A stretch of 63,975 nucleotides of DNA, filler included, from Octopus bimaculoides (lineage: Eukaryota), in the NCBI RefSeq assembly GCF_001194135.2. It is 8 parts of 8 records of this genome, joined end to end, with 100 filler letters (N's around TTAATTAATTAA, not from the genome) between each part and the next. Parts side by side here need not be neighbours in the genome. Positions count along the whole stretch, not along the records: positions 19,003 to 49,215 come from NC_068993.1; 7 more parts are not named here. One strand, 5' to 3'. A program made the translations under genes and the position numbers. The notes below the pieces were generated by a model. It did no database searches. It was not told the origin of the DNA and was given only the letters and a program-made list of their open reading frames with translations. Position 1 is the stretch's first letter. Every line of letters begins with the position of its first letter. Below are positions 35,680-48,895 of this stretch, piece after piece.

Positions 35680-36619
35680 CTACAAACACCCCTTTGGCCC
35701 ACCCATTCCCCACCTACCCCTGCTGTGTATTATCTTTCCTTGCCCACCACCCATCCAGAATCCCACTTCCACACACAAATGCCAACTTTACTTTCATTCT
35801 GGTCTGTTGGCAATACATAAAAACTGAAATTATTATTATCATTATTTTTATTATTATTATTATTATTTTCCAAACCATGTTCTAAAGCTGTCTGGTTCTC
35901 TCTTTTATTTCCCCCGCCCCCCTGAAATGATCAACAATAAATAGTTTCTTTCACAAAAACTGTTATTTTTTTTTCATTTCTCTTTTTTTTTTCTATATTT
36001 CTGAATAAATATTAAAGAAAAATGTGTTTCATTTCCTATTTGACTTTCACGCTGTTGGCTGGTTCACTTTCATACCACCACCACCTCCATCATCACCATC
36101 ACCATCACCACCACCATGTGGCTACAGGGTGTCTTTAACAGAGTCCACACTCTCACAAGTATTTCATCCGTGTCTCAGATCTAAGGATCATTTCCGTCTT
36201 TCCTGACTTCCCTTACCCACTGATACTGCTCTTCCTTATTTAAATAAGTATTGAAAAAACACATATACGGATATGAACACGCATATACACTCACACACAT
36301 GCGTATCAGTTTATATAGATTTTAATATAATTAGTTTATGCTCTTAGTTCAAATCTTGCTGAGGTCAGCATTGTGCTTTATATTCTATTGGTGTGGAGAA
36401 TCAACTGATAAAAAACATACATATATATTTTAAATCAGTTATACTCCTTTTGTAACAAAAATATCTATCAAAGATAGGAGCTGTATTTTAACAGGGTTGA
36501 CTTTTCCAGGGATGTGGTCAGAGGTAGGGAGCAATAAATTAAAGTATTAATCAAGTCCTGGGGTTGACTTAATATTCTAACACCCAACTTCTGACAGATT
36601 TTAGGCCTTGTACCTATGA

Positions 36620-36802
36620 CAGATATTATTATTATTATTATATTGAGTTCAAATTCTGTTGAGTTTGACTTTGCCTTTCATCTTTCCAGGGTCAATAAAA
36701 TAAATATTAGTTATGTACTGGGGTGGAGCAATGTAATCAACTCCCCCCACCCCTTTCCTCAAAATTTCAGGCCTTGTACCTACAGCAGAGAGGATTATTA
36801 TT
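36620..36802 (+). mobile_element. SINE family A 3' part
   Basis: tgagttcaaattctgttgagtttgactttgcctttcatctttccagggtcaataaa...tttcaggccttgtacc...gattattatt. Confidence 0.75.
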
Positions 36803-38621
36803 AAATTTTTCAATTTTCTTAGTAATTTGAATGTTGGTACTTCTTTCCTGTGAATTCAAATTATTGTCATGTCTTTAATTTAAAGAAATGAATGTGTTCT
36901 AAGGATTTCTCTACTACTACTACTGCTGCCTCTCACACTCACGCCACTCCCACTCACTCCCAAAAGCCTCACTTTGAATATCACTGCTGCCATGTCACTT
37001 TCAATGACTTTGACCACCATATAGCTTTGTTGATTGATACATGTGTATATATATGTATAAAAATATATGTATACATATTTGTGTACACACACACACAAAC
37101 ATAGTTTTCTAAAGTTGTAAATTTTAACCTAGCCTGCGCTGTTCTGCTAGTTCTTCCCACACACACACACACCTTAGTGAAAGAAATTATGTATCTATAT
37201 CATTCTATCTACATATATATATATACCAATACCAGCTCCCTTACCTGTGAAGTCAGCCAAGCAAGTATATTATTTATGCATCCATGCCACCACATCACAA
37301 TTTGGGAATATTTTGGAATTATTTTTATACCAAAAGTGAAAAAAATAATTAGAAAAAAAATTAATATTGTATTTCTTTCTACTTACAAATGATGTAAAAT
37401 TGAAATAGTTTACACATATGACACTCACGTACACACACACACACACATATGTAAAGGTGTATGTACTTAGAAACATACACACACAATATAAAGGTATAAG
37501 TACTTAGATACATACATACATACAACACATATATAAAAAGCATGCATGTATTTATGTATGTACATATATATATATATTGATATGTATGTGTGTGTGTGTA
37601 TTTATATACACATAAGCTGTTTCAAATCCTAACCATTTCCACATCACACCCAAACTACATGTGTTTTTTTTATTGTTTTTGTTTTTTCATACTAATTTTA
37701 TTTTATCTTATTCATGTTTTTATTGATATTTTTGTGAAGAAGTTGTTATTTTTTATTTTATTTTCTTTTTCTTTTGTTTGTTTGTTTGTTTGTTTATTTC
37801 TTTCTTCTGGTGTTGCCTAATAATAATAATTAACATTATTAATTAATAATGATATTAACAACAACAACAACAACTACAACAAAAACAAATCTACTAAAAC
37901 AACTAACAAAAATACAATATACTTTGCCCTCCCTTTGTAAAAAAAAAAAACCCTACAAAACAACCACAATATACAAAAATAACAAGCTAATGAGAGAGCA
38001 TCATCGTGGTCACATGAACTGCTCGAAATAGCACCCACATCTTCCTCAAACCATCCCCTGCCGTCTTAAGTAAGGACGTAATGGATAGTGTAGTCCAGAG
38101 TACACTATAAATAAAATATATAAAAAAAATTAAGACGGATTGGTCATTGCTGGAAAACTTCTGACCACGGGCTGACTCGGGATTAAACAACAACACAACA
38201 ACAACAAAATCTTCTAATCCAAAAGTTGACATTTTAATTTTTGCTTGCAACTATTATTTAGTTTGTTCAGTTATTCTTGTTTTGTTTTATTTGTCTTTTT
38301 AATTAATAAAAAAAAATATTGTTTTATTTTCGTGTTTTTTTGTTTTAATTTTGGTTTTACTCATATCACTATTTTCATTGTTGTATGTGTGCTACTAGGT
38401 TATATGTGTGTGTGTGTGTGTGTGTGTATCAAGGCTACCATTGGTTTCATGTTAATAAAAATATCTTAATCTCTTAACAATTATTCAAGCCAATATTAAA
38501 ATATTTTTCTTAACAGGAAACCAATGGTAGCGTTAATACGAAGAAATTTTATCCCTCAATGCAGTGTTGAGCACTCATTCTTGGTGTTCAACATTCGTAC
38601 ATATATATATATATATATATA

Positions 38622-39320
38622 CAGAATGCGTAAGATATTTGAGGACAGATTTATGTTTATAAAAAAGACAGGTATTTAATAACAGCTTATAACTTTATTT
38701 ATCAAAAAATGCTAAGAGGATAAAAATAAACCTTCTTTTCTATAATGTTATTCAATAAAGCCACCTTCAGCTTCAACAACTGCTTCAATATGAGATCTAA
38801 ATCATCTACATGCTCGAATCAAGTGGTTCTGGTTCATTTTGGACATTACTCTGACTATGGCAGCTTTCTTGGTATTATGGGCATGTTCGTTGACCTCTCT
38901 CTCAACAATGCTCCACATATAATAGTCTAATGGATTGAGATCTGGGAAATTAGGAGGCCAAATGTTAGGGGTTATGTGATCATGAAAATATTCAGCCATC
39001 CATTCCTGTGTTACTAGAGCCATGTGTGATAGTGCAGTCTTACTGAAACACATATGGCCTTCCATTACATACACTGTCTATGCAGGGCTTAACAATTGTT
39101 TCCAGGACCTCAATGTAGGTGGCAAAGTTAACTCTAAGGCCTTGTGGAAAGAAGTAAGGTGGCATCACATGTCATTCATTGCTGACAACCCCTAAAACCA
39201 TAGTTGCAGGAAAGTTTACATGCATAACACTTCGAACTTCAGAAGGGTCTGCACATAACCATCTGTCATTTCTTCTGCTATCTTTTTGATCTTGGCCAAA
39301 GTTTTTCTCATTTGAGAAAA
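38622..39320 (-). mobile_element. Decayed DD37D (maT-type) Tc1/mariner transposon, catalytic domain to 3' end
   Basis: Minus frame FSNEKNFGQDQ...NDRWLCADPSEV...MVLGVVSNE*HVMPPYFFPQGLRVN...GRPYVFQ*D, then (frameshift) ...WPPNFPDLNPLDY. There are 37 residues between the second and third catalytic D when the frameshift is corrected. The end CAGAATG abuts TA in a (TA)n tract. Confidence 0.85.
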
Positions 39321-39332
39321 ACTAAATCAAAT

Positions 39333-39371
<39 letters not shown>

Positions 39372-40211
39372 GGCATGGCTTTATTGATACAAAGTTCACT
39401 TTGCAAGCATTTGATTTTGAGTACCATCTTGCCAGTAGGTTTCTTCTCGTATAGTCCTAAGCTGATCAGTGTCTTTTGAGTGGAACTGGTCAACAAAAAC
39501 TGCATGGAAGAACATCATGTGTGTATGTGTATATACATATATATATATATATATATATAAATGATTACTTACACTTGCCATCTTTGCACGAAACCATTCA
39601 ACCTAAATTTGTAATGTTATGTTGACATTCCCTATTAACTAATTGCTTTATATCTCTGCGCTCTCAGTGCCAAAGTTGGAATATATAATCCCTAATTAAA
39701 AAGACAAATAAAGGTTAGCAACAGGTTAAGCATATGGTTTTGAAATGCTGCCTTACTTATAGGTTTTCATCAGTCCTCTGTTGGAAACGAAGATGGATGT
39801 ACAGCATACAAATATCCATATTTGTTGCTTCTTCATGCACTGATGGATGATGGCAGCGCCTTGACAGACTGTATCTGATATTCACTTGAGTCTTTTCACT
39901 TTTGTTAATTTCTGAACTAGCAATCTCTCTTTAATTTCAATAGCTTGCAGATTGCAGAAAAAATGTAGAGATCCATGTCTGATTGCCTCACCACTCATCT
40001 GGTGGTGTAAAACGGTGACACACATACACATGCATATATGCATGTATATGTGCGTCTGTGTATGTATGTGTGAGTATGTATCTATTTCTCTATTTCTATC
40101 CCCCCTCTCTTNNNNNNNNNNNNNNNNNNNNNNNNNNNNNNNNNNNNNNNNNNNNNNNNNNNNNNNNNNNNNNNNNNNNNNNNNNNNNNNNNNNNNNNNN
40201 NNNNNNNNNNN

Positions 40212-40384
40212 TCCGTCACCTTCCGTTAGTTTCCGCTACCTTCCGTCAATTTCCGTCCCTTCCGACTTTTCGTTAGTTTCCGTTATTTTCCGACATTTCC
40301 CGGTACCTTCCGTCAATTTCCGTCCCTTCCCGACAGTTTCCGTCACCTTCCGACATTTTCCGTAAGTTTCCGACATTTTCCGGT
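40212..40384. repeat. 10-bp minisatellite (TTCCGnnnnn)n
   Basis: About 17 units such as ttccgtcacc, ttccgttagt and ttccgacatt. It runs into a gap. Confidence 0.9.
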
Positions 40385-40740
40385 GAAACTGTCATTACAG
40401 TATCGAAATGTGATTGTTTCAGTCAGTGTTTCTCCTTCCTTTCTTTTTGTATTTGTTGTTGGATTGTTCGTAAAGGTTCATAAGAGAAAGTAGGAGTTGA
40501 AAGGAATTGCATTAGAAAGAGGAAATTAGATTTTATTAGGGAGAAAATGTTTACTCGTGTAGTTTTATAGATTTTATTCGTTATTAGGTATTTCATTGAG
40601 TGAAAAAATGACTCAGTGACCTAACAAATTGTATTTAGAATATTAATTGCGATTCTTTAATCTAAGAAATTTGTAATTGTGTAAATGTATGAATTTTAAA
40701 CATACACACACACAAAAAATCTGCCTTTTATAGTATAGAT
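40212..40740 (-). mobile_element. Possible Helitron-like non-autonomous element containing the 10-bp minisatellite
   Basis: The minus strand begins A|TCTATACTATAAAAGGCAG, an A-TC Helitron-like 5' terminus. The 3' terminus is not visible because of the gap. Confidence 0.4.
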
Positions 40741-41092
40741 ACATACACATAATGTATATGTATGTGTGTGTGTGCGTGTCATATACAGCTTACGGACAAC
40801 AACAAAAACAGCACTAAAAACAATGTTATTTCATTGATTATATGCTTTTTTTTATCTTTAATTTCTTGTTACAGCTAAGATGTTCCTCTTTTATGTAGGA
40901 TTTGACCAAAAAGATAAAGAAACGTTTTCTATTTTATCAACCTATCTATCTCTCTGCATTATATGTACACAGACAAATACATAAATAAATATACATACAT
41001 ACACAAGCACAAATATATATATATATATATGTGTGCATATATATTGTATATATATATATATTTATATATATGTATATATATATGTGTGTGTG

Positions 41093-41124
<32 letters not shown>

Positions 41125-43029
41125 CATCTATATAGAGTATATATATATATATACATCTATATAGAGTATATATACATATATATATATATATATATACACA
41201 CAGATATGTAAAACTATATATACATATAGATATGTAAATATATACATATACACACATACGTATATATAGCGACACACACACTTATATATATATGCATATA
41301 TATATACATACATATATGCATATATGTATATATAAATATAAATATATACATATACACACATATATGTATGTATATATGTACATATATATACATACATATA
41401 TATATACACACACACATATACATTGATATGTATATATATATAGATATATATATACATGTATATATACATATATACTTATGCATGTATATATATATATATA
41501 TATAAATGCACACACACACATCTATATATGCAGACACATCTAGTTTATGTGTGTGTGTGTCTGTCTAGGTTCCTTTTCTTATGTGACCTACTGACATTGT
41601 CTGCAGAAAGACATGGAGTATGGAAGCAGTATCAGATATATTCCATCTCATTAGTAAACTATTCTACTATATAACCTATTTTCCTCTCTTTTTGCCTGGA
41701 GATTACAGTAACATTTCATTTGAATAAGTGGTGGCAACAGAGAGGAACTTTAATAAAGTGAAGCCGTATTGAAAAGTGAAAGACTTTCCAGACTGGCAAC
41801 TATCTACTCTTTTCAATAAACACATTTGATCTTCATGTTCATTTGACATTTGACATATCATTCCGAGAGTAAAACTTACCAAAATATAGTAAAATAAAAT
41901 ATTGTAAAATATAGCAAAAAATAAAATAAAATAAAATAAAGTAAAATAAAATGAAATAATATTTAAATGGCTAACCTCTTATGTTTAAAGAAAAACCAAA
42001 AGAAAAGAATAAAGAATAAATAATACTAATAATAATAAAAACATTATTTTGTCTTCAAAAAACTTGTGGTGGTGGGTGGTGGTGGGGTTGGGAGGAGCGG
42101 AATTCATGTTAATCCTATTACGAACCGTAACGAACTAAAATATTGTAATGTTATAATGTAGTTTCTTCTTTTAATTAACTCTTCAGATGATTATAATAGT
42201 CACAGGGATGGGATGTTAGTCTACTGAAATTAACTTTCCTCAGTTGGTTTTTGGTTTCAGTTTTTCTTGCTTCTTCCACAGAGATCAGTTTACTAAAATG
42301 GAATTTGATGTCTGTGTGTTTCAAAGAACAACAGGATTTAATACTGGGATTTGAACCCAGGACTTTATTGCATGGTCTCATCTAATAGCTTCTGTCTGAA
42401 TACACTTATCAACACCAGCATTTCATTCTACTACTACTACTACTACTACCACCACTACCACCACCAAAGGGAACACAAAATTTACTACTACTACTACCGC
42501 CACCACCAAAGAGAACACAAAGTCTACTGCTGCTGCTGCTGCTACTACTACTACTACTACTACTAGCACCACCACCACTACCACCACCACCACCACTACC
42601 AAAGAGAACACAAAATCTACTACTACTACTACTACTATTGTGTTGCCACAGTTGCTAAGCTTACATCACAGCAATTGTACTTATATCATTAAAACATTTT
42701 GCTGCTGCTGTTATTTAGCTCATGCTCAGCCCCGACAGAGCTTAAAGACAGTCCACTTGTGACTCTCCAATCATAGAATATTTTCCAATACAGAGGTATT
42801 TGCTTCACACCACTTTATTGTAGCTGTCCACTGAGAGACAGCAATACTGCCATTTAACCCCCAGGAGGGTTTAATGAACAACTGGTGTGTTTGTTTTAAT
42901 GGCATACCAATGTATACAGCATGTTTCTCTGCCCTAGGTGTCAGGAAGACACTCAGAAAGAAATGGAAACAAAATTGAAAGAAGATGCTAATGAAAATAA
43001 TGATGATAATAATAATAATTCTTTCTACT

Positions 43030-43215
43030 ATAGGGCACAATGGCTGAAATTTTAGGGTAGCAGCTAGTCAAATGCATTGACTTCGGGGCTCAAATGGGTA
43101 CTTATTTCAGTGATCCCAAAAGATGAAAGGCAAAAATTAATCAGAGCACAAAGACAGAAGAAATACCACAAAGCATTTTGTCCAGTGAGCTAATAATTCT
43201 GCTACCATACTACCC
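43030..43215 (-). mobile_element. SINE family A
   Basis: taataattctttctactatagggcacaatggctgaaattt...aaagatgaaaggcaaa...aagcattt...ctaataattctgc is the reverse complement of family A. A similar copy lies at 43735-43952. Confidence 0.7.
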
Positions 43216-43242
43216 TAATAATAATAATAATAATAATAATAA

Positions 43243-43380
43243 TGCTTTCTAATTGATGTATCAATACCAGCAGATGACAACGTTTCCCTAAAAGAAATGG
43301 AGAAACTTTCAAAATACAAAGACCTGGAAATAGAGGTAACTCGAATGTGGAATCTAAAAACAGAAACAATTTCTATCATA
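43243..43380 (+). mobile_element. R4/Dong-like retrotransposon restriction-like endonuclease fragment
   Basis: CFLIDVSIPADDNVSLKEMEKLSKYKDLEIEVTRMWNLKTETISII is the IDV-P-D...KE-EK-KY-DL RLE signature. It starts immediately after (TAA)n and is cut by a gap. Confidence 0.8.
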
Positions 43381-44399
43381 NNNNNNNNNNNNNNNNNNNN
43401 NNNNNNNNNNNNNNNNNNNNNNNNNNNNNNNNNNNNNNNNNNNNNNNNNNNNNNNNNNNNNNNNNNNNNNNNNNNNNNNNNNNNNNNNNNNNNNNNNNNN
43501 NNNNNNNNNNNNNNNNNNNNNNNNNNNNNNNTTATACTTTTTTGATAACATAGTAGGATGATGTCTGTTACAATATGTATAGCAATATTACGATCTTGAA
43601 ATTGGAATTAGCTTTATCTCATTCCTTTTTGCGGAACCCCTAGGAACCGTTTGCAGAACCCTAGGGTTCTGGGGAACCCCAGTTGAGAAACGCTGGTCTA
43701 ATTTGTTGTGTATGTGAAATAATAATAATAATAATAATCTTTTCTACTGAAGGCACAAGGCCTGAAATTTGGTGGAGGGGGGGCGGCTAGTCAATTACAT
43801 CGACTCCAGTGTATAACTGGTACTTAATTTATCGGCCCCCAAAAGGATGAAAAAGTGAAGTCGACCTTGGAAGAATTTGAACCCAGAACGTAGCAACGGA
43901 CGAAGTATTGGTAAGCATTTCACCCAGCATGCTCACAATTCTGCCAGCTCACTGCCTTACTACTGCTACTACTACTACTACTAATAATAATAATAATATT
44001 AATAATAATAATAATAATAATTATAATAACAATGATGATGATGATGACAATAACCACATCAAACAATAATAATAATAATAATGGCCCTTAGTGCACCAAG
44101 GGTGGTGTTGAGAGACAATGCAAGGGGAAAGGGAGAATTTTTCAAAAAACATTGGCATTTACATCGAATATAAAAAAAAAGAACATTGAAAAATACTAAC
44201 AACATATAAATATAAATAAATATATATATATATAATACCAATAATACATAATGAAATACAAAGTTTTCTCAATAAAGGGACAGCCACCTCGGTAGGGCCA
44301 ATTTTGGGATGGTACAACTTCCAGAATACTCTGAAAACCAACAGTGAAAGCCCTCCTGCAGTAATTATTATTATTGTTAAGATAGTTAATTTATTTATA

Positions 44400-44526
44400 C
44401 AGGGTGTCCACAAGGTCTGGGTACATGGAGTAAATAAAATCATAACATAAACAATTAAATATAAGAAATAATAATTTCTTAAAGTATGTATCAATCTCCG
44501 TGTACCCAGACTTTGTGGACACCCTG
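44400..44526. mobile_element. Tc1/mariner-type MITE (127 bp)
   Basis: 31-bp TIRs CAGGGTGTCCACAAGGTCTGGGTACATGGAG (2 mismatches), with TA duplication at 44398-44399 and 44527-44528. Confidence 0.9.
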
Positions 44527-44830
44527 TATAATTCCATTATCAACTTCCTGCCCTAATCAATATTATCTCCGAATCAGAATTGCACTATAGATGCTTCTGT
44601 TTGTGCATTCCATGTCTGTGTGTGAGCTTCTATGTCTCTTTGTTATTGTACTTGTTGTTGCTGTTGTGTATATGGGATATTTTGTGTGCATTTGTTCTGT
44701 GAATGCGTGGATGTGAGTGACTGTAAGGTGTGGAAATTCTTGCTGGAAATATTGTTAACTGAACTGATGCTGTTTTATTTGTAGCTTATTAGTGGTGGCC
44801 ACGATTACTGGTCATAGTAACAAATCCACA

Positions 44831-44863
<33 letters not shown>

Positions 44864-46067
44864 ATATATGTGAAAAAAGAATTTTTTTAATAAAAATATA
44901 TATTAAAAAAATGAAGTCTTTTATTAAAATGAATGTTCTTGAAATGTCTAATTTTTTCTCCCCTCCACAAAAAAATCATTATTCTTGCCAACTAACTGTA
45001 ACATGGACAAATAATTGTCATCCAAAAAAAACAAAAAAAACAACAACAACAAACCATAGAAACGTGAATTACACCCAAATGTAACAAATAATGATCACAA
45101 TTTTCAACAACAACAACAACAACAACAACAAAAAGCACTTGACTGATTCTTGAATAACACTGAATTGTTTGAGTCCGGAAAAATCTACTTTCCCCACCAA
45201 GTAAAGAAACAAAAAAAAACAAACTACAAATCCACTAAAAAAATAAAAAAATAAAACCACGTGAGGAACTAATGACTTAAAGCATTGTATTTGAGTAAAA
45301 ATGATGTAAAATATGAATTTAGGAANNNNNNNNNNNNNNNNNNNNNNNNNNNNNNNNNNNNNNNNNNNNNNNNNNNNNNNNNNNNNNNNNNNNNNNNNNN
45401 NNNNNNNNNNNNNNNNNNNNNNNNNNNNNNNNNNNNNNNNNNNNNNNNNNNNNNNNNNNNNNNNNNNNNNNNNNNNNNNNNNNNNNNNNNNNNNNNNNNN
45501 NNNNNNNNNNNNNNNNNNNNNNNNNNNNNNNNNNNNNNNNNNNNNNNNNNNNNNNNNNNNNNNNNNNNNNNNNNNNNNNNNNNNNNNNNNNNNNNNNNNN
45601 NNNNNNNNNNNNNNNNNNNNNNNNNNNNNNNNNNNNNNNNNNNNNNNNNNNNNNNNNNNNNNNNNNNNNNNNNNNNNNNNNNNNNNNNNNNNNNNNNNNN
45701 NNNNNNNNNNNNNNNNNNNNNNNNNNNNNNNNNNNNNNNNNNNNNNNNNNNNNNNNNNNNNNNNNNNNNNNNNNNNNNNNNNNNNNNNNNNNNNNNNNNN
45801 NNNNNNNNNNNNNNNNNNNNNNNNNNNNNNNNNNNNNNNNNNNNNNNNNNNNNNNNNNNNNNNNNNNNNNNNNNNNNNNNNNNNNNNNNNNNNNNNNNNN
45901 NNNNNNNNNNNNNNNNNNNNNNNNNNNNNNNNNNNNNNNNNNNNNNNNNNNNNNNNNNNNNNNNNNNNNNNNNNNNNNNNNNNNNNNNNNNNNNNNNNNN
46001 NNNNNNNNNNNNNNNNNNNNNNNNNNNNNNNNNNNNNNNNNNNNNNNNNNNNNNNNNNNNNNNNNNN

Positions 46068-46115
<48 letters not shown>

Positions 46116-46489
46116 TATATATATATATAAAATTGAAGAAATTGGAGCCAACATGAAGGAGTACGGTTGGACAGTTATTTTTAAATCACTACAATTGTTT
46201 CTTCACACCACATGGTTCTTCAAAAAATACAGGTATTTGATTATGCAACGGTTTGTTTGCATAATGTGATCTAGTTGTGTTTCCTCGGGTGATATTCAAG
46301 TGTTGTCTCTGTTAGTTTAAAATCGACTTCAAGGTCATCCCATCCATCCGTCTTGGTTTGAATTTTGTAGCAGTTGGTAGACGCATGTCGTTTGCTGCCA
46401 GAGTGTGTTTGTTGGACTGCCATGAGTGGTTGTGGATGTAATAAGTAATGGTAATAGTGATGGTGCTATGTAAATAGCACAGGTGATGG

Positions 46490-46760
46490 TGCTATGTAAA
46501 AACCACTTGTGTGAATCCACATAAAAACACCCAATACACCCTGTAAAGTGATTGGCATTAGGAAGGGCATCCGGTTGTAGAAACTAAGCCAAAACAGTCT
46601 GTGGAATTGGGTGTGGCTCCTGGCTTTGCCAGCTCCTATCGAGCCATCCAACCCATGCCAGCATGGAAACGGGTGTTAAATGATGAGGATAATGATGATG
46701 AAGATGACGATGAGGACAACGACGACAACGATGACGACGATGATGATGATGATGGTGATT
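46490..46760 (+). mobile_element. RTE-type 3' end / RTE-tailed SINE
   Basis: attggcattaggaagggcatcc...caacccatgccagcatggaaac...gttaaatgatga plus a (GAT/GAC)n tail. Confidence 0.7.
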
Positions 46761-47629
46761 AGTTTTTACGTGTTTTAGTAACTGGTTTGTACTTTTTTCA
46801 TATGTATTTTGCTTTCACTTCAGTACTAGCTTTTTAGGTGACTTTTTAAATTTTTAATTTTTCAAATATGTTCGGTGAGACCAACATAAAGTCAAACGCA
46901 TCTGTTTCAGCTGATGTTTATTTTTCTCATTAATTCCTTAAAAAAATAAAACGATACAAAGTTTAAAAAAAAACAACAAAAAACGTAGCTCAAAACAACA
47001 TAGGTTCTGGTATGCCTGTATTTATGATTTTACCATTTTTTTTTAATGCTGGGATACTGTATTCTCCACTGTGAAAGTAAGTTATCTATTAACTTGCTCT
47101 TCACAGAGAGAGAGAAGATCTTAAGGGTGTTAGCACATGGTGTTAGATTTATTTTAAAACATTCGCATCTTCAAATTTTTATAGTTTAGTGTAAGGAGAG
47201 TGCTTTCGCTTTCAGGATAACTAATAAATAAACAAATGTGTTTCATGAAGGATTGATAGTGAAAAAGTTATTAATAATGCTTGAAGGAAATTTAAGTGTC
47301 CTCACATAATTATGTCAGTGTTAACAGAGATGTTGGATCATCGTTGCCATATCTGTGCCACCTCATCACAACTAATCGCAAACATTATTCTAAAGGCTTT
47401 TAATGCTAAACTGAAGCCAATTTATCAATGACTGTTTTTGACACCTGCTCTTCTGTGCTCCATGCAGTAGGATTGTGCCAAGAACACCATGGTTGAAAAG
47501 TGAACTCCTTAGGCCCCATGGTTATGTTTGTGTCTTTTTATTTTTATTTTTGTTTTATTTTTCCATCTGATTTTAATTTTTAAATATTTCAGTTTTCAGT
47601 TTCTTTTCTTAAATCCTAGAATTATGAAA

Positions 47630-47883
47630 TACTGATTTCAAATTTTGGCACAAGGCCAGCACTTTCAAGAGAGGTGGGTAAATTGGTTATGTCATCTCCA
47701 GTGCTCAACTGACACTTTTATTTATTGACTCCAAAAGGATGAGAGGCAAGGTCGACCCCTGAGGCATTTGAACTTAGAATATAAACATTATTTACATTTG
47801 ACAGATATTTGTCCTCATCTTGTTTGTTGTTAACACATTTCAGCTGATATACCTTCCAGCCTTCATCAGGTGTCTTGGGAAAA

Positions 47884-47915
<32 letters not shown>

Positions 47916-48065
47916 TCACTGCCTGGAATCGAACTTGGAATCTTGGGGTTAGTAGCCCGTGCACTTAACCACTACGCCATATGCTCATAGAATATTAAGT
48001 CAGAAGAAATGCTGCTAAGCATTTTTGTCCTGCATGGTAACAATTCTGCCAGGTCATCGCTTTGA
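47630..48065 (-). mobile_element. SINE family A split by insertion 47786-47987
   Basis: The 3' part (ggatgagaggcaaggtcgac...atttgaactt) lies at 47630-47785 and the 5' part (aaatgctgctaagcattt...caattctgccag) at 47988-48065. Confidence 0.7.
47786..47987 (-). mobile_element. Composite SINE: tRNA-like head + (TAA)n + hammerhead-ribozyme-like tail
   Basis: A-box TGGCGTAGTGG (47979-47969), B-box GTTCGATTCC (47934-47925), (TAA)n, then ACAC-CTGATGA-A-GGCTG-loop-CAGCT-GAAA-T-GTGT (47873-47833). The TSD is TAGAATATAAA / TAGAATATTAA. Confidence 0.8.
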
Positions 48066-48337
48066 ATCTATGAAATATTGGTTTCACATTTTGGCACTAT
48101 GCCAGCAATTTCATGGGAGTGGGTAAGTTGATTAGATCGAACACAGTGTTCAATGGGACCTTATTTTATCAACCCTGAAAGGATAAAAGGCAAAGTCAAC
48201 CTCTGTGTGTGTGTAAATATATATTTTGGGTGTATTTACATGTAAGTATATGTATATGAATACGCATATATGTAGGTATGTGTATATATATAAATATGTA
48301 TATAAATATATTGTGTGTGTGTGTCCGTGTCTGCCAC

Positions 48338-48373
<36 letters not shown>

Positions 48374-48619
48374 AGTATTTACAAATTGTTGAGATATAGA
48401 TCAAATTTCAAAACCCAGCAATAATGTTTAAAGAAATTTGGTGATAAAACCTCCAAGAATTACATTTACCCACCACATAAAAGGATGTTAGCTACAACAA
48501 TAACACATCACATGTTCCTGGTAAGAAAGTGGTGAAAGTCTTGAAATGTTGATGATTATGGATGTAAAAATTATGCCAGCATGGAAGGCGGACGTTAAAC
48601 GCTGATGATGATGATGATG

Positions 48620-48895
48620 TTTATTTATTATGGTCCTCCAAGCTATAACTGAGGAATTCAAGACTGGCTGCCCTTGGGAGCTCCTCTATGTTGATGACCT
48701 TGTTCTTATTTCTGAATCGCTACCAGAACTAGAGAAGAAATTTCAGGTATGGAAGCATGGAATGGAATCAGAGGGCTTTTAGAGTTACTTTAGCAAAGAC
48801 CAAAGTATTGTTGAATAATAAAACAGACAAATCACAGATCCCTGTAGAGGTGTCGAAAGAAAATCCATAAGGTGTATTCAGTGCAAATGTGTGGG
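48620..48895 (+). mobile_element. RTE-clade LINE reverse transcriptase fragment
   Basis: LFIMVLQAITEEFKTGCPWELLYVDDLVLISESLPELEKKFQVWKHGMESEG (YADD-type motif), then a frameshift and a K-IRC-QCK cysteine motif. Confidence 0.85.

Noticed and set aside
47911-47987. Functional tRNA gene
   Set aside because: It has A/B boxes and an anticodon-like arm but no proper acceptor stem, and it is fused to a (TAA)n and tail within a TSD, so it is a SINE head.
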